64,000 nt of DNA from an uncultured Gemmatimonadales bacterium (GTDB taxonomy: Bacteria; Gemmatimonadota; Gemmatimonadetes; Gemmatimonadales; GWC2-71-9), in assembly GCA_963844035.1 (NCBI GenBank), contig CAWJMT010000004.1:256001-320000 (forward strand), read 5' to 3'. Both the position numbers and the translations under genes were made by a program. The notes below the pieces were generated by a model that had not been told where the DNA came from, made no database searches, and was given only the letters and a program-made list of their open reading frames with translations. Each line of letters begins with the position of its first letter. Position 1 is the stretch's first letter. Of the stretch, positions 9,730-20,249 are shown piece by piece.

Positions 9730-10869
9730 TCAGGGGCATCGGGCCCCGAACGGGCCAGTCGGGACCTCGATCGCCGGCGCGCCGGTCCGTGGGTGCGCAA
9801 AGTCGAGCGCGTCAGCGAGGTTGTTCGCCTGTGCGTCCCGGACGGTGAGCGGTGACAGGCCCCAGCGCCATTCGATCAGGCGGAGAATCGAGGCGTGATC
9901 GTAGACCGCGCTGGAGACGTGGCCTCGGCGCGCGAAGGGAGAGATGAGCAGCGTGGGAACGCGAAACCCCCGCAGCCCGTCGACATTACCCACTGCGTAC
10001 TCCCCCGGCGGAATCGGCGCCGGCGGCGGTGGCACGTGATCGAAGAACCCCCCCCACTCGTCGAACGTGATGATCAACAGGGTCGACGGCCACGCCTCAC
10101 TCGTGGTCACCGCCTGGTAGATGCTGCTAAGAAACGCCTCGCCGTCCCGCATGTCATTGTGCGGGTGATCGTCGGCGGTGTGGCTCGGGTCGATGAAGGT
10201 GACGTGAGGCAGCGTGCCAGCCGCCGCCGAGGGGAAGAAGGTGTCAACTGTCTGGATCCACGACTGGTACCGGGTCCCAAAGATCGTTGCGAAGGGGCGC
10301 GGAGAGCCATAGTTCCGTCCAGTCAGTCCCTTGTCCGCGAGCCGATCCCAGATGGTGGGGAGTGTGCTGACCGTGGAGAGGTTCGAGAGCCTGTCGGTTT
10401 GCGCCGCGTGTATGATCAACCGGTTCGGATACGTGGGCCCGAGCACTGGCGAGAAATATCGATCCAGCACCGTCCATTCCCGTGCTGCCTGCCCGAGGAA
10501 CGCGAGGTCCTCGGCCTCGTAGTATCCGATCGCGTACAGGTCATTGGCTCCAGTCCGCAGCCATCCGTCGCACGCTCCTGCGTTGTATTCCGCCCGCCCA
10601 CCATCGAAGGAGTGATCGGGGTCCGCGAACCCACACCCCTGGAAATCCGTGAGATGATGCGTTTGGTGGGGAGTCCCGGCGCGATCGGTATAGGTGAGAC
10701 CCACCTGCCTGCCATCGGCTCCCGGAAGCCAGCCAAGCAGATGGTCGTAGGAGCGGTTCTCCATCATCACGACGATCACGTGCTCCAGACCGCTCTCCTC
10801 CGGAAGCGGGAGCCCCGACGATCCATAGTCGAGGCATCCCAGCGCACCGGCGCCGGCACCGATCGCCAC
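9730..10869 (-). CDS. Phosphoesterase / phospholipase C family (copy 2); 5' end probably extends further
   Basis: HVIVVMMENRSYDH, GPTYPNR, ITFDEWGGFFDHV, GFRVP, YDHASIL; in-frame SRREFV Tat motif just upstream of the GTG. Confidence 0.9.
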   Translation of the reverse strand: MAIGAGAGALGCLDYGSSGLPLPEESGLEHVIVVMMENRSYDHLLGWLPGADGRQVGLTYTDRAGTPHQTHHLTDFQGCGFADPDHSFDGGRAEYNAGACDGWLRTGANDLYAIGYYEAEDLAFLGQAAREWTVLDRYFSPVLGPTYPNRLIIHAAQTDRLSNLSTVSTLPTIWDRLADKGLTGRNYGSPRPFATIFGTRYQSWIQTVDTFFPSAAAGTLPHVTFIDPSHTADDHPHNDMRDGEAFLSSIYQAVTTSEAWPSTLLIITFDEWGGFFDHVPPPPAPIPPGEYAVGNVDGLRGFRVPTLLISPFARRGHVSSAVYDHASILRLIEWRWGLSPLTVRDAQANNLADALDFAHPRTGAPAIEVPTGPFGARCP

Positions 10870-10927
10870 GCGGGCGACGAATTCCCGCCGTGAGAGCGTG
10901 TTTCGCGCAGTCGCGGGAACTAGCGCC

Positions 10928-12167
10928 TCAGGGGCAGCGACCGAGGAACGGGCCCGTGGGAACGTCGATCATCGGCGGCGCGCTGGTCTTCGGGTGCGCA
11001 AAGTCGAGAACGTCGGCGAGGTTGTTGGCCTGTTCGTCCCGGACCGTGAGCGGGGTCAGACCCCAGCGCCACTCGATAAGGCGGAGGATCGAGGCGTGGT
11101 CGAAGACGGCGCTCGAGACGTAACGCCGGCGCGCGAACGGAGAGATGAGCAGGGTGGGAATGCGAAATCCGCGCAGTCCATCGACGTTGCCCGCAGCGTA
11201 CTCCATCGGCGGGATCGGGGCAGTCGGGGGGGCCACGTGATCGAAGAATCCTCCCCACTCATCGAACGTGATGATCAACAGCGTCGACCCCCATGCCGGA
11301 CTCGTGGTGACAGCGTGGTAAATGCTCGCGAGAAAGGCCTCCCCGCGCCGGATGTCGGCCAGGGGGTGATACGAATCGGTGTACGACCGGCCGAAATCGG
11401 GATCGACGTAGGCGACGTGCGGCAATTGACCGGTCGCCGCGTCCGTGAAGAACGACGTGAGAGGTTGGATCAGGGAGACGTATCGATTGCCGAACATCGA
11501 GGCGGAGACAATCGGGTAGCCGTAGTTCTTGGTGGTGAGACCCGCCTCAAGGAGACGATCCCAAATTGTGGGCATCGTGCTGGCCGCTGGTCCGTTGGCA
11601 ATCCGGTCGGTCTGCCCTGAGACCAGGATCAGACGATTGGGATTCGTGGGACCCATGAACGGCGTGAAGTAGCGATCGAGTACGGTCCATTCCGGTGCGG
11701 CACGCCCGAGGAATGCGAGGTCTGCCGCCTCGTAGTAACCAATCGAGAACATGTCGTTGTACTGGGTCCGGAGCCATCCGTCAGCAGCGCCGGCGTTGTG
11801 TTCCGTCCGCCCGCCCTCGAACGAGTGGTTGGGATCCGTGATGGCCGCACCCTTGAGGGTCGGTCAGGTGATGGGTGGCGTGCGGGGTTCCGGTACTGTC
11901 GAAATACGTCAGTCCGGCCTGCTTCCCGTCGGCGCCCGGAAGCCAGCCGAGCAGATGGTCGAATGAGCGGTTTTCCATCGTGACGATAATGACGTGCTCC
12001 AGGCCGCTGCTCTCTGGAAGCACGGAACCCGACGACCCGGAGTCGAGACAGCCCAGAGCCCCGGCGCCCACGCAAAGCGCTAACCCCGCGAGCACGCCTC
12101 GTCGCGAAGGACGCACTACTACTGTTCCGGCGTTTGCGGCCGGACGGACGTTTGCATCGACTCGCAT
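10928..12167 (-). CDS. Phosphoesterase / phospholipase C family (copy 1), Tat signal; frameshift near 11840
   Basis: SRRGVL..GALGC; MENRSFDH; GPTNPNR; ITFDEWGGFFDHV; GFRIP. Confidence 0.88.
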
Positions 12168-12263
12168 AGGTATTGTCCCCAGACAGTGGATGTTACCGCT
12201 CATCCCTGTGGAGCGCCACGGGTCACCACGAACGTCCCATGAAGCGACCGTGACCACCGACAC

Positions 12264-13141
12264 TCACGCCTGCCAGCGATGCACGCGCTCGAGGATCTCC
12301 GCGCCGCCGATCTCGCCGCACAGCGCAGCCAGCTGGGGACGTGAGGCGCCGCGCCACTCGAGGTCCTCGACTCCTTCCCGCAACGGCACGTCGGTCCTCA
12401 GCGTAGCCAGCCGGCGGTACAAGAGGGCGGCGTCCCGGTGTTCCCGCAGGCTCGTCGCGAGGGCAGCGGCACCACGCACCGCGACCTTCCACCCTCGCGC
12501 GTCGTCAGGAATCGCCTCGAGGTGCTCATAGTGAGCAAGCACCGTCGCGGCGGATCGTTCGCCCCAGCGGGGCACACCAGGGAAGCCATCCGCATTGTCC
12601 CCGACCAGGGCCAGCCAATCAGGGATCGACCCGGGCCCGACGCCGAACGTCGTCGCGCACGGCCGCTTCGTCGCGCGTGCGGCGCCGCATCCGGTCGAGG
12701 CATACAACGCGGTACCGCGCACGCATTGGGTCAGATCCTTGTCGGGCGAGCAGATGACGACCTGCTCGACCTTGGGGCTTAGCGGCCGCTTGGGCCGCCG
12801 CGCTGGCCAATGCGTCGTCAGCCTCGAACTCGACCATCGGCCACACTACCACACCCAGGGCTCCCGACGGCGCGCTCGGCGAGGGCGAATTGCGCGAGCA
12901 GCTCCGGCGGCACGCCCTCGCTGGTCTTGTATCCCTCGAATAGCTCGTTGCGAAACGACTCGATGACGTGGTCGAATGCGCAGGCGACGTGGGTTACGCC
13001 GTCCTCGCGCAACAGGGAGAGCAACGACCGCATCAACCCGAGGGTCGCCCCGACCGGAGTGCCGTCGGGAGCCTCCGTCGCGGGGGCGCCGAAATGGGCG
13101 CGGAACAGCTCGTACGTCCCGTCCACCAGGTGCACACGCAT
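12264..13141 (-). CDS. Standalone 5'-3' exonuclease (flap endonuclease, PolA N-terminal-like); frameshifted
   Basis: HLVDGTYELFRA, FD..SFRN..YK, EFEADDALA, SPDKDL, LALVGD.ADGFPGVP.WG H3TH motif across three frames. Confidence 0.85.
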
Positions 13142-13153
13142 CGATCGAGTCCG

Positions 13154-14696
13154 CTACACCTCCGCCGGCTCGACATTGTTTACCCGCCGCGTCCGCATCA
13201 CCGTGACGACGGCGAGGATCAAGACGACGATCGGCGCAGATGCATGCGACGAGGCGAAACGCGTCGAGAAACGCAAGTTTGGCCGGGTTCAGCAGCTCCA
13301 CCCCAAGGTGTCCAGGGAGACGCTCGGCCACGGCGACGGCGCCGCCGAGCGTGGCCCGCGCCGCCTCCGCCGCTTCCGGGGGAACGCCGGCGGGAATACC
13401 GGCCGCCATGCGGCCGCGATAGAGCGCGGTGCCGATGCTTCCGAGCACCGCGATGCCGAGCGCGCCTCCCAGCTCCGAACTAGTCTCCGAGATGGCTGAC
13501 GCCGCGCCGGCCCGCTCGACGGGAGCGCTCCCGACGATCAGGTCGGTCGCGAGAATGACAACGGGAGAAATGCCCAGAGAGTAGATGATGGACCCGACGA
13601 TGAGCACCGCGAGTCCGGCTTCATCCACCTGTGTGAGTATTCCGAACCCTGCGGCCGCGACCACCAATCCCCCCGCGATGGCGTGCCCCGGTCCCACGCG
13701 GCGCGCAAGCACCGGAACCACGAAGGAGCCCGCGACGAACGCCAGCATCGAAGGCACCGTCGCGAGCCCCGCTTGGAACGGCGTCAGACCGAGCACGAGC
13801 TGGAGGTATTGTGCGATGAAGATGTAGATCCCAAACGCCACGAGCGTCCCAACCAAAAACACCGCCAATGCCCCGCTGAAGCCGGGAGCCCGAAACAGCC
13901 TCAGGTCGATCAGCGGGTCGGCCAGCCGTTGCTGGCGCCGTGCGAAGGCGGCCCCCGTGGCGACACCGGCCACGATCGACAGCGCCGGCATCCATGCCAA
14001 CCCGTCTTCGGCAATTCGCTTGAGCCCGTAGATCACCAACAGCACGGCGGCGAGGGACATGGCTGCGCTCGCCAGATCCGGCCGGCCTGCTTCGGGGTCG
14101 CGAAACTCCGGTAGCAGTACGGGCCCCACCACCAGCAGCAGCAGCATCACCGGCACCCCCAACAGGAACACCGCGCCCCACCAGAAGTACTGCAGCACGA
14201 TCCCGCCCAGTAGCGGCCCGATCGCGCCACCGATCGAGTAGCTCGTGACCCACACACCAATCGCGAACGTCCGCTGCCGCGGGTCGAGAAACATGTTGCG
14301 AATCAGGGATAGCGTGGATGGTGCGAGCGTGGCGCCGGCGAGGCCGAGCACGGCGCGGGTCGCGATCAGCATCGCGGCGCTGGTCGAGAATGCGGCGACG
14401 ACCGAGGCGACACCGAACGCGGCGGCGCCGATCAACAGGAGCCGCCGCCGGCCGATCCGGTCCCCCAACGTTCCCATGGTGATGAGCGAACCGGCCACGA
14501 GGAAGCCGTAGATATCGATGATCCAGAGCAGCTGGGCGCTGCTCGGCTGGAGATCGGCGCTGAGCCGGGGGACAGCGAGGTTCAGCACCGTGAGGTCCAT
14601 GGAATAGAGGACGCACGGCAGCGCGATAACGGCGAGGCCGATCCACTCCCGCTGCCCGGCCCGGGGCGGGGTGTCGGGCGGTGCGTCGACCTGCAC
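13154..14696 (-). CDS. MFS drug:H+ antiporter, 14-TMS DHA2 (SmvA/QacA-like); frameshift near C-terminus
   Basis: SMDLTVLNLA, GTLGDRIGRRRLL, GPLLGG, PLIDLRLF, ELGGALG; GTG overlaps sigma-factor TAG (TAGTG). Confidence 0.9.
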
Positions 14697-15967
14697 TAGG
14701 CGCCGGGCTCCACGCAGGCTGCCGCGCGCTCGAGCAGCAGTGCGCGCTCGCGGGTGTTGCGGGTCAGGGCCGCCGCGCGCTCGAACTCGACCCGCGCCTC
14801 AGCCGCACGGCCCACCTTCAGCAGCAGATCGGCGCGCACGCTCGGCAGCAGGTGGTAGCCCGCAAGCTGCGGCTCGGCTGTCAACGCGTCGACCAGCTCG
14901 AGACCCGCCGCGGGGCCGAACGCCATGCCAACCGCAACCGCACGATTGAGCTCCACCACGGGCGACGGTGCCAGCTGTGCAAGCACCGCGTACAGGGCAG
15001 CGATACGCACCCAATCAGTTTCCGCCGCCGTGCGCGCCCGGGCGTGGCAGGCGGCGATGGCGGCCTGCATCGTGTAAGGCCCAGCGGCCCCGCCGAGGGC
15101 CTCGGCGCGCTCGAGCGCCGCAAGCCCGCGATGCATGAGGACGCGATCCCAGCGCGCGCGATCCTGGTCGAGCAGCAGCACCGGCTCCCCCGACGCGCCG
15201 ACCCGGGCTCGCAGTCGCGACGCCTGAATCTCCATCAGGGCCACCAAGCCATGCACCTCCCCCTCCTCGGGAGCGAGCTCGGCGAGAATGCGGCCGAGGC
15301 GGAGTGCCTCCTCGCACAGCTGGGGCCGTATCCAGTCGTCACCGGCCGTCGCCGAGTAGCCCTCGTTGAAAATCAGATAAATCACCTGGAGTACGGACGC
15401 GAGGCGGGTGGCGAGCTCCGGCCCGCGCGGAACCTCGAACGGGACACCAGCCGCCGCGAGCGTCCGCTTGGCCCGGACGATCCGTTGGGCGACCGTCGGC
15501 TCGGAGGCGAGGAACGCACGCGCGATCTCATCGGTGGTGAGGCCACCGAGCAGGCGGAGGGTGAGCGCGACCCGCGCCTCGGTCGGGAGCACCGGATGGC
15601 AGGCCGTGAAGATGAGCCGCAGGAGGTCGTCGCCGACGGTGTCGTCGATTGCGGCGGCGAGGTCTTGCTCGGGGCTCGCCTGCCGGCTCTCGAGCTCCCG
15701 GCCGAGCTCTTCGTGCTTGCGGTCGAGGAGCTTGCCGCGGCGCAGGACGTCCAGGGCCCGGTGTTTCGCCGTGGCCATGAGCCAGGCGCCCGGATTGTCC
15801 GGGATTCCCGAGGTGGGCCAGCGCTCCAGCGCCGCGAGCAGCGCATCCTGTGCGAGATCCTCGGCCAAACCGACATCACGCACCATCCGCGCGAGACCCG
15901 CAATCAACTTCGCCGACTCGATCCGCCAGACGGCGTCGATCGTGCGATGGGTGTCGGTAGCCGTCAC
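14696..15967 (-). CDS. ECF42-type sigma factor with C-terminal TPR extension
   Basis: AEDLAQDA, DDLLRLIFTACHP, AQRIVRAKR, IYLIFNEGY, DQDRARWD, QAAIAACH, SPVVELNRAVA. Confidence 0.92.
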   Translation of the reverse strand: MTATDTHRTIDAVWRIESAKLIAGLARMVRDVGLAEDLAQDALLAALERWPTSGIPDNPGAWLMATAKHRALDVLRRGKLLDRKHEELGRELESRQASPEQDLAAAIDDTVGDDLLRLIFTACHPVLPTEARVALTLRLLGGLTTDEIARAFLASEPTVAQRIVRAKRTLAAAGVPFEVPRGPELATRLASVLQVIYLIFNEGYSATAGDDWIRPQLCEEALRLGRILAELAPEEGEVHGLVALMEIQASRLRARVGASGEPVLLLDQDRARWDRVLMHRGLAALERAEALGGAAGPYTMQAAIAACHARARTAAETDWVRIAALYAVLAQLAPSPVVELNRAVAVGMAFGPAAGLELVDALTAEPQLAGYHLLPSVRADLLLKVGRAAEARVEFERAAALTRNTRERALLLERAAACVEPGA

Positions 15968-16023
15968 GGCTACCAATCACATCATCTTCCCCCGCTCCTG
16001 CAAGAGGACTTCGTTCGCGACGC

Positions 16024-16443
16024 TTACCGCTTACCCTCCGACTGTTGGCGAAGGCGCTCCTCCTGTGCCTTGAGCTCCGGCGTCAAGTTGGCGCCGAAGT
16101 CGTCCGCCTCGAACACCTGGCGTATCTCGATCTCGGCACCGGGTCCGAACGGCGCCCGCTTGAGCCATTCGACCGCTTCTTCCTTCGACTTCACCTGCCA
16201 CAGCCAGAAGCCGGCGACCAGTTCCTTCGTCTCCGCGAACGGCCCATCGATCACCGTCGGCTTCCCGGTCGTGAAACGCACCCGCGCCCCTTTCACGCTC
16301 GGATGGAGCCCCTCTCCCGCCAGCATCACCCCGGCCTTCACCAGCTGTTCATTGAACCGGGTCATCTCGGTCAACTCCTTCGTGCTGGGCAGGACGCCCG
16401 CCTCGGTGTCCTTGTTGGCCTTCACCAGGACCATGAATCGCAT
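16024..16443 (-). CDS. YciI/DGPF family protein
   Basis: MRFMVLVKA, GEGLHPS, DGPFAETKELVAGFW, EIEIRQ. Confidence 0.92.
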   Translation of the reverse strand: MRFMVLVKANKDTEAGVLPSTKELTEMTRFNEQLVKAGVMLAGEGLHPSVKGARVRFTTGKPTVIDGPFAETKELVAGFWLWQVKSKEEAVEWLKRAPFGPGAEIEIRQVFEADDFGANLTPELKAQEERLRQQSEGKR

Positions 16444-16505
16444 TGTCGCATCTCCCAGGAGTTTGGTTAGCCGAAGCCCGGGCTGATCCCTGGCTCCACA
16501 TCTAC

Positions 16506-16532
16506 GACGAACGAGCGCACCCAGAATCGACA
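16506..16532 (-). promoter_or_regulatory. ECF42-dependent promoter (TGTCGA-N17-CGTC)
   Basis: Minus strand TGTCGA ttctgggtgcgctcgtt CGTC directly upstream of the DGPF gene. Confidence 0.75.
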
Positions 16533-16630
16533 TGGCGGGATGGCGCCCCTTGACATGCTTGCCGAGCCGGGCATAGCCTCAAGGGCCAAATTCACCTCTT
16601 TCGCAGCGTCGCGTCGCCAGGAGACTGCAA

Positions 16631-16981
16631 ATGCGGCAGGTCAGAGCCCGTCACGCTTTCCTTTTACCCGTCGCGACAGTGTTACTCGCGGTCTTCTCAA
16701 CGCAGGGGTGCACCAGGTGGAATGAAGTCAACGGGACGAAGAGTCTGGCCGCCGAGCCCCACGGGACGGTCCGCCTCACGCTGACGGGGGACGCCAAGAA
16801 GGTGGTCGTGAAGCACCCGACCGTCGTCGGCGACAGCGTCGTTTGGAAGTCCCCCGAGCCGGGCAGTGTACACGTGAGTCAGGTGGCGTGGATCGAGGCA
16901 CGCGGATTGGATCCGATTGCGACGGGCTTCTTCGCCCTGGCGGGCGTCACGTTCATCCTGGTTAAGACCCTCCGCGACTAG
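16631..16981 (+). CDS. Hypothetical lipoprotein with C-terminal hydrophobic segment
   Basis: SD AGGAG; signal peptide ending TQGC. Confidence 0.6.
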   Translation: MRQVRARHAFLLPVATVLLAVFSTQGCTRWNEVNGTKSLAAEPHGTVRLTLTGDAKKVVVKHPTVVGDSVVWKSPEPGSVHVSQVAWIEARGLDPIATGFFALAGVTFILVKTLRD

Positions 16982-17664
16982 CGGGGTTCTACCACCCGCG
17001 CCCCCCAGCTGACGATCGCCTCGACGATCGTCTGCACCACGTCGGCGTCGGTCGTTCCCGATCGTTTCAGCACCTTGAACGAGTGATCCCCGCCTTCTAT
17101 TAGATAGAGCGTCGCGCGCGCGCCGAGGCGTTGCACCACCGGCCGCAGCAGCTCCAACCCAGCGAACTCATCCCGCGTACCCTGTAGAAAGAGCATCGGC
17201 ACGGCGACGCGCTCGAGGTGGTCGGCCCGCGTGGTCCCCGGCCGGCCGGGCGGATGGAGTGGGAAGCCGAGGAATGCGAGCCCGCCGACGCCGGGCAACG
17301 GAGCTTCCGCCTGCGCCGACGACGTCATGCGTCCGCCGAACGATTTCCCTCCGGCCAGGAGCGGCAGCCCGGGCGCCACGCGCGCCGCTTCGGCCACCGC
17401 GGCTCGCACGGCGGCCGTCGCTACAGCGGGGGTGTCGGGTCGTCTGGAGCGCCGCTCCATGTAGGGAAACTGATACCGCAGCGTCGCAACTCCACGCTCC
17501 GCCAGGCGGTACGCGAGCACCTCCAGAAACGCATGCCGCATGCCGGCGCCCGCGCCGTGCGCGAGCACGTACAGCAGCCGCGCATCACTGGGCCGGACGA
17601 GCAATCCCGAAACTGCGCCGGCCTCGCCCACCGTGAAGGTCAACTCTTGCACCGATGTACTCAT
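16978..17664 (-). CDS. Alpha/beta hydrolase (KANL3/Tex30-like)
   Basis: LAHGAGAGM, GGKSFGGR, GFPLHPPG, QGTRD, GDHS. Confidence 0.88.
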   Translation of the reverse strand: MSTSVQELTFTVGEAGAVSGLLVRPSDARLLYVLAHGAGAGMRHAFLEVLAYRLAERGVATLRYQFPYMERRSRRPDTPAVATAAVRAAVAEAARVAPGLPLLAGGKSFGGRMTSSAQAEAPLPGVGGLAFLGFPLHPPGRPGTTRADHLERVAVPMLFLQGTRDEFAGLELLRPVVQRLGARATLYLIEGGDHSFKVLKRSGTTDADVVQTIVEAIVSWGARVVEPR

Positions 17665-20218
17665 TACTCCACGCGGGCTTGGAGCCGCTCGAGTGCGCTC
17701 ACGAGATCGGGCTTCACCTGGAGCACCGGGAGGAGCGGGTCATCCTTGACCTTCTTCATCCGAGCGGGCGCGTTCGCGATCGTGAACTTGCGGATGTCGA
17801 GCTTCGGGGTGATTTCGCTCCATTGCAGCGGCATGGATACCGGCGCGCCGGGGAGCGGGCGCACGCTGAATGGCGCTACCAACAACCGGCCGTGACCGTT
17901 CTGGATCCAGTCGAGATACACGCGCGGGCCGCGTTTGCCGACCTGGCGCGTAATCGTGGCGATGTCCGGGAGCTGCGCGGCGATGACGCGGGCCAGCAGG
18001 CCGCCGAGCGCGCGGGTTTGCTCGTAGGTGCACTGCCGCCCGAGGGGCAGCAGGACGTGCAGGCCGGTGGAGCCACTGCTCTTGATGAAGCAGGGGAGCT
18101 CGATTTCGTCGCACAGCGCGTGAATCGCCCGGGCGACGGTGACGACGTGGCTGAACGGCGCCTCTTTCGGATCGAGGTCGAGAATACACCAGTCGGGGAG
18201 CTCGAGCGTCGCGACCCGGCTCCCCCACACATGCAGCGGGATCGTGCCCAGGTTCGCCAGATAGAGCAGCGACGCTTCGTCGTCGCATACGAAGTAGTCG
18301 ATGTCGCGCTTGGTCTCCTCGCTCCACATCCGCTCGGTGCGCAGCCATTCCGGCGCGAACGGCGGCGCATCCTTCTGAAAGAATGACTTTCCCTGAATGC
18401 CGTCGGGGAACCGGGTGAGCACCACCGGCCGGTCTTTGAGATAGGGGAGCAGCCAGGGTGAGATCGCGCGGTAGTACGCGACGAGATCGCCCTTGGTGTA
18501 CTTGTCCTCGGGCCAGAAGACCTTGTCGAGATTCGAGAACTTCACCTCTCGGGGAAGTGGGGAGTGGGACGAGGGACGGGTGGGTACCTCGGGCTCCGTC
18601 CGTCCCGTTCCCCTTCCCCCGTCCCCCTTCCCGGCATTTCACACTCCGCCACCGGCTTGTCATCCCGAAACCTGAGGAACACCGGCTGGCGGAGCAGCCC
18701 TTCGTCGGTCCACTCCTTGTAGCGCACCTCGACGACGAGCTCGGGCTCGACCCAGGAGTGCGCGTCGTCCTTGGGCGCGGGCCCGGCGAACGCCGGTGTC
18801 GTCGCGGCGCGCGCCTCGAGCTTCGCCGCCACCTCTTTGAGCTGGGCCGCATTGAAGCCGCTCCCCACACGGCCCGCGTACATCAGTTTCCCGTCCGCGA
18901 ACCCGCCGAGGTGGAGCGCACCGAAACCGCCGCGCGATCCCTTGGGGCGCGTGAAGCCGACCACCACGAAGTCGCCGGTGCGGTCCGCGCGGATCTTGAG
19001 CCAGTCGGCCGAGCGGCCGGCGCGGTAGGTCGAGTCGGCGCGCTTCGCGACGATCCCCTCGAGGCCGAGCTGGACCACCTGCTCGTAGAGCGCTTCGCCT
19101 TTCGTCTCGAAGTGTTCGAGGTAGCGGAGCGCGCCTGTGGGCGGGATGATTTTTTCGAGGATGCCCTTGCGCTTGACGAGCGGCAGCGGCCGGAGGTCCC
19201 AGCCGTCGAACGCCAGGAGATCGAAGAGGTACAGGGTGGCCGGGTTCTCCACGGCGGCGCGGCGGATCTCGGGCACACGGCTCAACCGGGCGCGATTCTG
19301 GAGGCGCTGAAAGCTCGGATGGCCCGCGTCGTCCAACACGACCACTTCCCCGTCCAGGACTAGCCGCTCGTACGGGAGCGCCGCCAGCGCGCGGGTGATT
19401 TCCGGGAACGCTGCCGAGAGGTCGTGACCGTTGCGGGAAATAAGGAGTGCGCCGTCGTTCGCACGCGCAGCACGCAGCCGATACCCATCGAGCTTGAGCT
19501 CGAAGATCCATCCCGCCTTGCTAAATGGCTGTTCGCGCGTCTCCGCCAGCATCAGCTCGGCTTCACGCACCGGCAGCGCGCGGCGCGGCGCTTTGAGCCG
19601 GGTGAGCTCCTGCTTGATCTTGGGAACGAGCGTCTGACCGTCGCGCAGGGCCTCGACGGTGAGCCCTGACAGGACGGATTCCTCTGGAAACGTTGCCCCG
19701 GTCGCGACGTAGCCGTCGCGCTCCTTGATGAGGAGCCACTCCTTGTCACCCTTCTTGAGCTTCACCAGGGTCCACTTCCCGTGGAGCTTGTAGCCCTTGA
19801 GGTCGAAGAGGAGCTTCCCCTTCTTCATCCCCTCATGCGGGTCCTCGAGGGGCACCCAGGCGCCGCGGTCCCACACGATCACGCCGCCGGCCCCGTAGTT
19901 GCCTTCCGGGATGATGCCTTCGAAGTCGCCGTATTCGATGGGGTGGTCCTCGACTTTGACGGCGAGGCGCTTGTCCTTGGGGTCGGCGGAAGGTCCCCTG
20001 GGGACGGCCCACGACTTGAGCACGCCGTCCATTTCCAGGCGCAGATCGAAATGCAGGTTGCGGGCGGCGTGCTTGTGGACCACGAACAGGCCGCCCTCGA
20101 GCGCGCCCGTGGTCGCGGCCGCCGCTACCTTCGCGCCGGGCTCCGGTGTACGATCAAGGGAACGCTTGGCGCGGTAGGCGCTTAGCGCATCCGGCGCGGA
20201 CTTCTTGTTTGCGCCCAT
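17664..20218 (-). CDS. ligD: NHEJ DNA ligase D (phosphoesterase-ligase-polymerase); split by a frameshift in the linker near 18600
   Basis: HAARNLHFDLRLE/KSWAVPRGPS (PE); ELKLDGYR, EGIVAKR, WLKI (ligase); SNLDKVFWP, RFPDG, LDLDP, KSSGSTGLH, APFSVR (Pol). Confidence 0.92.
18550..18632. repeat. Purine-rich then pyrimidine-rich short tandem repeat palindrome inside the ligD linker
   Basis: ggggaagtggggagtgggacgagggacggg ... cccgtcccgttccccttcccccgtcccccttccc. Confidence 0.55.
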
Positions 20219-20249
20219 GGAACGGGAATCTTATCATAGGCGCCCTATG
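20219..20249. promoter_or_regulatory. Compact bidirectional ligD/ku promoter region
   Basis: Overlapping -10 hexamers TATCAT (+, 20232-37) and TAAGAT (-, 20228-33), each 9 nt from its ATG; inverted repeat CATAGG-cgc-CCTATG. Confidence 0.5.
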
